From positions 1-51,482 of the forward strand of contig JAHBMJ010000279.1 in the NCBI GenBank assembly GCA_018398765.1: a stretch of DNA of 51,482 nt. The letters run 5' to 3'. Source of the DNA: Chromera velia. Lineage: Eukaryota. Each line of letters begins with the position of its first letter. Position 1 is the stretch's first letter. The translations under genes were made by a program, and so were the position numbers. The notes beneath the pieces are model-generated. The model was not told the origin of the DNA. It did no database searches and saw only the letters and a list, made by a program, of their open reading frames with translations. Shown one piece after another: positions 25,110 through 35,397 of the stretch.

Positions 25110-26585
25110 ATGTTTAGGTTTTGCTGTGCGCAAGATCCGAGGGAAACCCGCCCCCCCGCGGACCCCCTGATGGGGGGGGACCGCGCAGTGGCGTCTCTGA
25201 AGGCGGACCTGTCCCCCGAGGCAACCATTCTCCTGCCGGGAGATCCTGCCTACCTGACAAACAGGAACCAGATGTGGAACCACGACAACACACACAACCC
25301 TGCCGCCATTGTGGTGGTCAGAAGCACCAAGGACGTGCAGGCTGCAGTCACCCACTGCCGTTCCAACGGGTGGGAGGTGTGTGTGGCTGGGGGGAGGCAT
25401 AGTCTCCTCTGCATGGTGCACAATTCGGTGGTTATCGACCTCGGGAAGCTGAATGAGGTCCAAGTGGATGTGGAGAACAAGACAGTCACGGTGGGGGGGG
25501 GCACGAAGCTAGGAAAGATGGACAAGGCGTGTGACGAAGCCTCCAACGGCACCCTGGCCACAGTGGCGGGACACAACCCCGACACAGGGGTCGGGGGATT
25601 GACTCTGGCAGGAGGATACGGTCACCTGTGTCGTGCTTTCGGTCTGACGATCGACAACTTACTTGAGGCAGAGGTCGTTCTTGCCTCTGGGGAGGTGGTG
25701 AGGGCGAGTGAGGAGGAGAATGCCGACTTATTCTGGGGCCTTCGGGGCGGTGGGGGGAATTTTGGAATTGTGACTAGGTTCGTTTTCCGTCTCCACCAGA
25801 TTCCCCCGAAGCTTGTGTACACCAACAGGGTGTTCCTCCCCCTTCCCTGTCTGTTCAACTGTGAGACTGCAGTCTCGCAGGTGAGGGCGTACATGGAGGA
25901 AAGCGACGACCGGCAGATGTGCACTGCCGTGATTCCCGGGAACGGGCCGTTGGTTTTTGACACGATCTGGGTGGGTGAGTGTGCGGAGGGGTGGAAGGAG
26001 GTGAAGAGTCTGGATGCTGCGGTGAAGTCCCCCTTTTTCCCTCCAGTCACAAGAGCAGAAAAGCCCTACCACTCGTTCCTCCAGAACATCGTCTCCGAAA
26101 CCCTTCAACCCCCCGGGTTCTACTACATGCGTTCGAAGCTTCTCACCAGCCTCGAGGAGGGTCTGGCTCTGGCCCTCTGGGGCCACTCCAGGAAGGCCCC
26201 AACCGGATCATGTTTGTTGATCATCACGACCACAAAGGGGAAGATGAACGAAATCCCCGAAGATGCCACTGCGTTTGCGGGGAGAGAGGGGAAGTACCTG
26301 TTGCTGGTGTTGGCCAATTGGAGCGATCAGAAGGACAGAGCAGCGTGCGTGCAGTGGGCGAGGGAGTGTGACGGGGTACTCGCCCCTTTTGTAGGGGACC
26401 AGCAGGCGGACTATAGCACAGCAGTACTGGAAGAGAGGAACACTCTGACGACTGCGGAAGAGGAGAAAAAGGGTGCAGCTGTGGCAGGGGCTTTTGGAAA
26501 GAACCTCGAGCGGCTTCGCGAACTGAAGAGAAAGTTCGACCCTGAGAATATCTTCCACCTGAACAGCAACATCCTTCCTGCGTGA
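25110..26585 (+). CDS. FAD-binding oxidoreductase (FAD_binding_4 + berberine-bridge-enzyme-like C-terminus), intronless, ~491 aa
   Basis: Uninterrupted ORF from the first in-frame ATG at 25110. PAAIV..DV..AV, GGRHS (covalent FAD His), GVGGLTLAGGYG..GLTIDN, DLFWGLRGGGGNFGIVT, and terminal NLERLRELKRKFDPENIF. Confidence 0.92.
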   Translation: MFRFCCAQDPRETRPPADPLMGGDRAVASLKADLSPEATILLPGDPAYLTNRNQMWNHDNTHNPAAIVVVRSTKDVQAAVTHCRSNGWEVCVAGGRHSLLCMVHNSVVIDLGKLNEVQVDVENKTVTVGGGTKLGKMDKACDEASNGTLATVAGHNPDTGVGGLTLAGGYGHLCRAFGLTIDNLLEAEVVLASGEVVRASEEENADLFWGLRGGGGNFGIVTRFVFRLHQIPPKLVYTNRVFLPLPCLFNCETAVSQVRAYMEESDDRQMCTAVIPGNGPLVFDTIWVGECAEGWKEVKSLDAAVKSPFFPPVTRAEKPYHSFLQNIVSETLQPPGFYYMRSKLLTSLEEGLALALWGHSRKAPTGSCLLIITTTKGKMNEIPEDATAFAGREGKYLLLVLANWSDQKDRAACVQWARECDGVLAPFVGDQQADYSTAVLEERNTLTTAEEEKKGAAVAGAFGKNLERLRELKRKFDPENIFHLNSNILPA

Positions 26586-26608
26586 AAAGAGGCATGGACC
26601 TCTGTGTG

Positions 26609-26640
<32 letters not shown>

Positions 26641-28029
26641 GAAGTTTCTTTCTTTCTTTCTTTCTTTCTTGCTTGCTTGCTTGCTCGCTTCTTTGCTTGC
26701 TTGCTTATCTTTTTTTTTTTGCTTGTTTGCTTCCGCCCTTTCTTTATGTGGTTGTTGCTCTTTCAATTATTTGAGACCTGTTGCTCTGTCATCGACTTCA
26801 ACCCCGCAACTCCCACAAGCAGCGGTGCATTCAAGTTGAAGCTGTAGGGCCGGATGCGGGCTGGTTGGAGAGGTGCCCGATCGAACTAGACTGCATGACT
26901 CGGAATCTGACTTAATTGCTGTACCCACCCACCTGCATGGCACCACTAGCAGTGTACCCATGGCTCAATTAACCCCTCATCCTCTCATCTAGCCCCTCAA
27001 TGCAACGATGGGCATGTGGCGTTACGTGTCGATGGTATACCCAACGTGTTAAAATCGTCTTCACTTGATGATATCAATTTTTAACGCTCACCATCATTTA
27101 ATAATGATTATACGTCATCACCATTTACTAGGTAAGCTGAATTAATAATTCAACCCCTATAATGTTATCCATTGGATTTCATTGTATGATTGGTTGATTA
27201 AACTTGATTTAAGTTGATTGATAAGTTAGTTATATCACAATGGCCTAAACAATGGCATTATATATGCATATGCACACTGTATGTTCACTGTATGCACAGT
27301 TTGTATCAAGTTTTATAACCTAATACACAGATCTCAGTTGAAATTTTCTAACCAGAAAAGGCTGTCAGTGCAGTATACACTTATATTCCAGGTGACTTAT
27401 CCGTTCAAGTTTGATGCTCGCGCTACACGTACGCTCCTGCATAGACCTCTCTTTTTTTTTACGGACTGCATACACCCTTATTAAGAAAAGCAAAAAAAAA
27501 GCTTGCAACTAGTTGAACTTCAACTGTTGAAGTTGCTAGTGAAGTTGCTAGCTAGCCTGCCAAACCCAGGGCGGAATTGATGGGGGGTTTCCAATTTAAA
27601 TAATAAAAGGGGGACGGGGGGGGGTCCGGGGACCAGGGACCCGGGGTCCCAATTTCGACTCCCAAATCCTTTTAGAAACTAGGCTCGCAATAATCTTTAG
27701 TACGCACGCCCTGCATATATACCTTTAGTAATACCCTACAAATTTGAGTAATTTAAATGAGTAATTTAGAGTAATAACTCAGTAATTTAGCTTAATAAAC
27801 CTTAATAATATAGGCTTAATTGATTTACACTAATTTTTAGACTAATTTAAAGTAATTTAGAATAGTAAACTAAAATAATTTAGAAAGCTACATTACTAGC
27901 TAAATCACTAACTTTTATAAAATTTTGGAGGTCGATTTCTCGTCACGAATCTCGTGAACGATAAAGAGTTAGAGCTTCAAACTAAGAGTGCTTATAGCTC
28001 TTGTATGGAAGTGCAGTGACTACAAGTGA

Positions 28030-30700
28030 CTACAGTTCAGCGAGTTGCTCGAGCAAATGCCGCCCCTGGGGCTGTACAGTCTCGAAGTGCCACTTTCGGA
28101 TGTTCTCTCTCTGCAAAAGCTCCCAAACATTACGTCCATGATACGGTCCATCACAGCAAAGAAGCTTTTCTTGCTTCACAAGTGTCTCTTTCCAATCCTT
28201 ACTCCACTCAACAAAGGCCATCCACTCCTCATGAGATTCAGGAAACCGTGGCGCTATAGAATCTTTGCTCGCGAGGGGACCATCACAGACCCACTGCAGA
28301 AGATCGTTACCCTTCATCGAGAACAGAATTTCAACGCTGAGATCTGGAGCGTGGTCAGCACCATATAGGGAAGCGAATTGCAGGACGGGGGAATAGGGGA
28401 AGCGACAGACATACGCCAGATATTCGAAGGGTTGCAAAGAGGTTGCAGTCAACCTGGCCAACGTCTCCACCAACCAAGAAGTCTCTGCAGACTCCTTCGA
28501 CTCAGCTGCATCACCAGGACTCGCCAGTCGTGCCCACTCCCTAAAAAAGCGAACCGTCCGACTGGCCCACTCCCGTAGATCGGACCAGCACTCGAACTTA
28601 CCAAAAACGTTGCTCTTTGTGTAAGGATCTTGAACACAGAGCGGAGGGCGTGAGGAAGTCTCTCCAGTTTGTGGCTCATTCCTGTGAATCTTCCAATACC
28701 TTTCGGAATCCCCCAAACTCCTCCCCTCACTTTGTTGCCTCTCGGCCTTCTCCACAAGTGTCCGCTTCTCTAGATCCAGCGAAGCCAAAAATTCCCAAAC
28801 TGAGACACAGATTTCAGAATCTGCACTGGACATGAACGAGCGGCCTGCAGCTTGTGATTCTTCAACCAAGGCCCAGGCAAGCAACGTCAAGCCCCAACCG
28901 GAAACCGTTCTGCACTTCCGAGTCCTCACACTCGGATGACTCCAATGCTGTGTTCTGAACCACCCAATTGGTTTGCCGTTTTTTTCATGTGTCTCCGGAG
29001 GCTTCCAAAAGGGGCAACTACGCTTGAACTGCTCATCAATCTGCAGGAGCGCCAATGGCAGACTGACCCTCCTTTCCTCACTCGGAAGAGCTAAGCCCCC
29101 CTTCTCCGACCCTGCTGCCATCTCTGCAAGGGCCTCCACCAGGCCCCCCTCGTCACCCACAGGCCACCTCCAGCCCGCCCAAACAATCAAAAGATTCCAA
29201 AATTTTAAAACGCGAAGGGCTTCCTGGACAAGCGGAACATCCGGAGCGTAGTACTTTGCCATAAAAACACACAGACGCTGAACCGTCGTTGTGCCCGCAG
29301 AGCCGAAAACCGGGCAATGATCATTTCTCGCGCTCGAAAAATTCAGTTCTCTGGAGCCATTCGAGTCTTCTCTCACGCCCGACGAGAACTCAGGCTTGAT
29401 TTCCGGAAGTCCTGAAGATATTACCCTGATGCGTATCTGACTGGCCTATCACCACATCCACCTTCCTTCCTGCCCACTGAGCCTTCACCCCCCACTCAAA
29501 CTGAAACACTCCGTCCCATGGCTCAAAGCCGTATTTTCGAGTTTTCTCAATTTCAACGGAAAAGCCGGGGACTTCCCCGGACCTCGAAAAAGCCAGGAGG
29601 GCCTCATAAAGACACAGCTGGAATTCTTCGTCTTCCACCCATGCATCCCTCCCTCCACTGGGGTTCCATTCGCATGCGAGGTCTAGATCACTCTCTGCAT
29701 GTTCCAGTATATTCAATCTCAGACTGGTCTTCCTGAAGAGGCTCTCTGAAACTCAGAGGCGGAAGTGAAGAGGCGTGGAACTGCCGTGCGGGATGCAACA
29801 GATCCCCCAAGCGTCCCGCAGTCAAATTCGGGCAGGGATTCACGGGGGGCCGAAAACACTCCCTTTTCCCGAAGAATGATCAACTCTTGACGCAGCTGCG
29901 CTGTTCGGCCTGCAATCCAATCTTCTTCTGTGATCGTGACCTGAAAACCACAACTTTCACCGACAGCAACCCACCCACCCCCACAATTTTCACTCACAGA
30001 GCTTTTCAAAAAATCTTCATCAGAAGTGGAAGAAGCAGGCCACTGAGAATGCCTGAAGGCCGAATTGAGTCAATCGAGTGAAACCAAAACCATCATCCTT
30101 TTTCTTCTCGAAAAGCCGGGGCACGCGAGGACCTTTGCATGCACGCAGCAGGTCCAAGACCTCTGCAAGCTTGTCGAGCTCTGTCTTCCTGCCATCTTCA
30201 GAGGATTCTGAAGACTTGAGGTCGCGGACCATTGCCTCTGCTTCAGCGATAAGCGCTTCTTGAAGAACAGGGCTTTGCGAGATTTCACGGGCGGCAGAAG
30301 AGCGGTCAACCAACAGCTCCTGGAAGCCGGTGTGTGTGCGAAAGATTGCACAAATTTTGAGGTGCTCGAGCCAACAGACGACTTGTGATCTCTGGCCAAG
30401 CACGTAGAGGGCATCCGAAATCCGGTCCCAGTAGTCTTTAAGACTTAGTTTAGCAGGACGGTTGTCCTCCCCTGAATCACGTTGCGCAACCGACATCCAA
30501 AATACCGGGTACTCATCCACGAGGCATTCAAAGTCTCGGGACAGAAGTTCCTCGACGGAGGGGGGGTCTGGTTTCTGTTTGAAAAAATCAGAGAGGAAGG
30601 CTTGGAGACGGTTTCGAAGTTCTTCAATTTCATCTTCGTGGCTCTTCGTCAAACGAAGGCGTACTGAAAAATCTGAAAATGTTGAAGCGAGATAATCCAT
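28030..30700 (-). CDS. Pol-beta-superfamily nucleotidyltransferase, OAS/CD-NTase-like; split over four ORF pieces (introns and/or frameshifts, exact model unresolved)
   Basis: Collinear motifs across ORFs 30700-30020, 30009-29719, 29716-29390 and 29376-28030: GGSVASRTA, ESDLDL (DxD), KVDVVIG (third Asp), ALRVLKFW, SGWGLTLLAWALV, RPPLCVQDPYTKSNV..WSDLREWA. One clear GTGAGT..TTTCAG intron at about 29997-29941. The other junctions are not confidently resolved, so it could be a pseudogene. Confidence 0.65.
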
Positions 30701-31769
30701 TTGGGCCAGAATTCACATCTGTAAGGCCTAGACCAAACGATTCGTTTCGCACAGGGACAGGAGGCCCGCACTCCGAGCATAGACTCCGTCTTCATGGAGA
30801 TGGTCTGGAGACGGCCTGGAGACGGCGCTGCACTCTTCTTTTTCCAGCTCTCCAATGCAAATGATACTAAGCAGATCCCAAAGCCGTAGTTACACATACA
30901 CCAATGCTGCTCATTGGGATTGATGCAGACGTACAGGGTTGCCGTTGCAGAATCGTTGAATTGACAAATGTACACAGGCTCAGTGAAAGCCGTTTTAGCT
31001 GCCGTATGTGGAATCCTTATCCAGTTCCTTATTAATTCGCGAACGTACGTACGAACCTCCGCGCGCAAAGCGCGCGCAAACACTTGTTAATAAAAAAATG
31101 CACATGCGCATGTTTTGTGTTTTTTTGCATTAATCAACGTGCGCGTCTCTGCATGTTCTCATGCAGATCTCTCTCTGAGGGGACTCGTACAAAATACTTT
31201 ATGCAACGGCGTTGCATAACCCCCCCCCCCNCCCCCCCCAAAGCCATCAATTTGCTGGTTACATAAAGCGGCGGCACGTATGTAATGGATGCTAGAATGC
31301 GGCGGCGCCCAGAGGGACCACCTCTACATAAGACCCCCCCTCCCCTCCAGCCCTCTTATGCAACGCCATTGCATAAAGTATTTTGTATGAGCCCCCAGAT
31401 CGATCAATTAGATCAGCTTTCCGTTTTTCAGGCAGATCAATGAAACTCTGTAGACGATACTTTCCGTCGCCAAGAAGTCTACTTTCTAACATCCGATATT
31501 GTAAGAACCGGCACTGTAAGAAAACCAAAGAAAACTTTTATCAAGTGTGACCGCATACAAAGAGACTTGACTGTTGAACGTCAGAACTAGTGATTGACTC
31601 CATGACATTTCCACTGACCCATCCATCTCACGGCCAGAGAGGCCCGTTCGAAGACGTACAGTCAGCCCTTCGATTCTTAAATCCAAATGCTCGCGTCTCT
31701 AGGCACCTTCAAAGTATTCTGGAGATACGAGAAGAAGTTCCGTCAGTAGAAGTTTGGGCAGCTCGACTC

Positions 31770-32830
31770 TGAAAAAGACGACAGAACGACGGAGTGCCCG
31801 ACGCACAAACTTAGACCCCATTCCGGCAGCTTCTGAATCAACAACGCAGATGCACGAGCAGCATCCAGAAGTGACTGGTATCCAACAGCCTGCTTCCAGT
31901 GAAATTGAGGTCATTAGTGAGGCCGAGACAGAGCCTCAAGTCGCAGCGCAGCAGTCAGCCTGCTGCGTCAGCACCTGTCGGGTCGTAGACTAAAGAGCTC
32001 CACGGTCCGTTTAACATATGTGGATGGATTCATATATGCTTTTGCATTTGAAACAGGGAGGGAAGAGACTGATTCTCTTTTCAAATGCCCGCCTTCTTTT
32101 TCTTAATCTCATGCTGAGACAGAACCTCAAGCTGAGACTGAGAGAGAGATATACTTGGTGGCGCCAGTCAAATAGACTCTCTTTATCCTACTCATGGCGG
32201 TCTTCATTGCAGTCCAACGTCTTTCTGACATATGTGCAGAAGAATTCACTCTTCAAGGGGCCCGTATTCACGATTATGACCAGGCTCTGTCCCACCAAGT
32301 CAAGCATGTGGATGGTCTTGAGAAGAACGCCTCCCGCCAAGTCAAGCGTGTGGATAGTCTTGAGAAGAACACCTCCCGCCAAGTCAAACGTGTGGATGGT
32401 CTTAAAAAGAACGCCTCCCACCAAGTCAAGCATGTCGATGGTCTTGATAGCAGACGGAGTGCCCGACGCATTAACTTGGACCCTATTCCTACAGTATCTG
32501 AATCAACAATGCAGATGTACGAGCAGCACCCAGAAGTGACTGGTATCCGGCGACAGCCTGCTTCCAGTGAGGCCGAGGTTACCAATGATGCCGAGATAGA
32601 GTATCAAACGGAGATGGAGCATGAAGCCAAGACTGATAGAGACATGTACTTGGCAGTGCCACTCAAATGGACCCTCTTTGTCCTACTGATGGCGGTCTTT
32701 ATTGCAGTCCAACATCTTAAAAGTTTCGGATATGTGTGCTGAGGAATTTACTCTTCAAAGGGCCCGTATTCACGATTATGACCAGGCTCTGTCCCGCCAG
32801 GGCATGCGTATAACTGGTCTCTGGAGAGCG
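31770..32830 (+). pseudogene. Decayed, internally duplicated ORF of unknown function
   Basis: Block A (RRSARRxNLDPIP..SESTxQMxEQHPEVTGI..PASSE) at ~31787-31940 and ~32453-32610. Block B (..TLFxLLMAVFIAVQ..CAEEFTLQxARIHDYDQALS) at ~32140-32300 and ~32630-32800. Four 42-bp units (QVKxVDGLEKNASx) lie between them. Stops and frameshifts are present. Confidence 0.5.
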
Positions 32831-33485
32831 CTGGAGAGGGAAGCGGAGTTCTCTGCGGGGATTTTTATTCTTGTGACAAAGCGGGTGGGTCTTTGGATGG
32901 AACAGAGACTAGAGGTGAGCACGAGCATCCCATTCAAGGACGTACGTGTGCGCGGCTCTTTTTGTGGGTTTTCCGTTTTTTCCTCTGCGCAGCACAGAGG
33001 AGCGGAGGAGTCTTTTTTATTTCTGTTGAGGTGCGGTCAGAGCGGTCTCTTGAGGCTCCAGTGGCACCGTTTTCTTTCGGATTGTGTGGGGATACAAATA
33101 TATTTATTAATGTATTACTAAGTAGTCAGGCTACTAGTTCTTACTTATTTACTGAATATTGCTTTGGTCTAACAGTCTCTGATTTGAGAGATAAATGGCA
33201 ACCCAGGTCTAGACCTACGTATATAAGAATCATATACTAGTAAGAAAAATGGCCGACTGCTGAGAGTTAGCTTTGATCTACCTTAGGTGCTTTATTCAGG
33301 GTAATCCAAGGCATATGGACAGAAATCGATATGAACAACTAGATGAACAACCACAACCTCCCTAGCCAATTATCCTGGCTAAACAACTGTACATTCTAGT
33401 GCACATTACCTGTCCTGTCTAGTGTTATATCCTCAAATTATCCTGTCTTTAAAGCCTTGTTAGTGGCTTGGGATTTAGCGTCAGT

Positions 33486-33748
33486 GCTAGGCCGTGCACT
33501 AGATAAAAAAATAAAAAATAACTAAGATATACTAAGATCGAAAACTTTTTTTTTCATTTTTTTTTATTTATTTATCACCCCCTAAGGTCCCCTTTAATTA
33601 TAAACAAACAACTGTTGAAAGTTACTGTTCTTTTCGTGTTATATCAGTGTTGTGGGGAGTGTTATAAAAAAACAACGGTTGTTTAGTAGATAAATAAATG
33701 AAACTTTGTTTTTCTTTCTTTTTTTATTTAGCTAGTGCAGGGCCTAGC
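33486..33748. mobile_element. MITE-like element with 17-bp TIRs
   Basis: gctaggccgtgcactag (33486-33502) versus ctagtgcagggcctagc (33732-33748), 16/17 match. A-rich/T-rich subterminal arms. Confidence 0.65.
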
Positions 33749-34773
33749 GTTGCTGGGTCTAGGATTTAACTCTCAATCATCATCATCATTACAGGGTTTG
33801 ACACTACGTTTGACATTTTATTTTGAAATTTAAACAGGTTTCGATCTTTTTAATTAAAAAGTTTGTTTTCTGGGGCTCACGGAGTCATGGTCTAGGATAA
33901 AACACATAAGCTCTCTAATATATGCTTCTTCTTCAGAAGACTGACAGAAGTTCTTCTTTTTTATTTCTCAATCCCTCTTTGTTCCAGCCGTTGATACCTA
34001 TTGCTATAGACCTATTCATTGTAACCTATTAAACCTATTGCAGTCTTACACCTCTATAGAATTAACTTTTTTAAATGAGTTGACTAAGCCGGCGGAGCCT
34101 AGCTCCTGGCAGTCCATGTCTGCAAGTCCGAGTCTTGTCGATTTTTTAGCTCTACTAAGAAGATCGTTCTTTAATCCCTTTTCAACCCAGTTAATTTGCA
34201 ACCTAGTTTGCAACCTTATCAGATTATAATTTAAGCTTCCAAAAACGTAGGTAAATTATGCAATTTACGTTAACTATAAATTAAATTAAAATTTTTTTAC
34301 TAAAAGTTTAAAACTAGCTCAAAACAGTATCGAACAGTATAAGCCTTTTTTAGGCCTATAGTTCTAGGCAGTGGACTGCAGGGGGTACCCTGAAGATAAA
34401 TCGTATCCTATCCTAAAGAAAAAAACTATAAAATCAAAAATTAAAATTATAAACAATCAGAAAAATTATAGTTTGATTATGTTTATCTTTTGGTTAGTTA
34501 ATTTATAGTACAAAGATGTGCACAGCTTATATGTATAATGATGATGATGAGCTTTAGACAATACTAGGTGAGATCTAGAGTGAGATATTCACTTCATTCA
34601 GAACCATTTACAAGCTAACACGCACGAAAGGAGAAATGCTGTTGGTGTCACATATGTGTTATCTGCTTGTTTGACGATTTCTCTATTTGTCTCTCTTCCT
34701 GTCTGCCTGTCTTTTTCTTTTTCTGTTTGTGTGTGGGTGTGTCTGTATGTTTGTGTATACGCCTGTATATGTT

Positions 34774-34811
<38 letters not shown>

Positions 34812-35397
34812 TGTATGTGTAGATGTGTGGGTGTGTTCATATTTGTGTTCGTGTTTATGTTTGTCTTTATGTTTGTTTCTGTGCGTCAATGTTTCGATTT
34901 ATATGGTCGTTCGTAGAGACGCCAGAAGCGAAAAGAAAGTACGCGCGCGCGCGGATACAACATAATTTGATTAATCAGTGCATTCGTCCGTGTTGGTGTC
35001 TGATCAGAAAGATGGAATTGACCGAGTCATTCCTTCTTTTAGCGAAGTGGCTCTTGTCGATCAGTCTTCCTAAAAACAAATGACCATAAAATTCTGTCAG
35101 CGTACTGAAGACTATCTGAACCCTAAAGATTACAATTCTTATATGTGTTTGACCTGACCTGCCAGCCGACTTCCTTCAAGCCTAGATTAACCTAGCTTCA
35201 AGCAGCAAGTATTCACAACTTGTAAGCACGTGCACTGCCGCAAATTCTGCGATTGGATGGCACACGGTTAGACCCTGAAAAGGAGAGCCGAGCTTTCTTC
35301 TCTTGTTCACCCACTCCCCGACTATCTGTCAGAGAGGACAATCTTTTTTGTGTTTGCATACCTTCTTTGTCCGAATTGAAACTTGACTGTCGACTTT

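Noticed and set aside
31220..31240. Poly-C run as a G-quadruplex or regulatory feature
   Set aside because: It contains an N, so it is probably an assembly ambiguity or join; adjacency across it should be treated cautiously.
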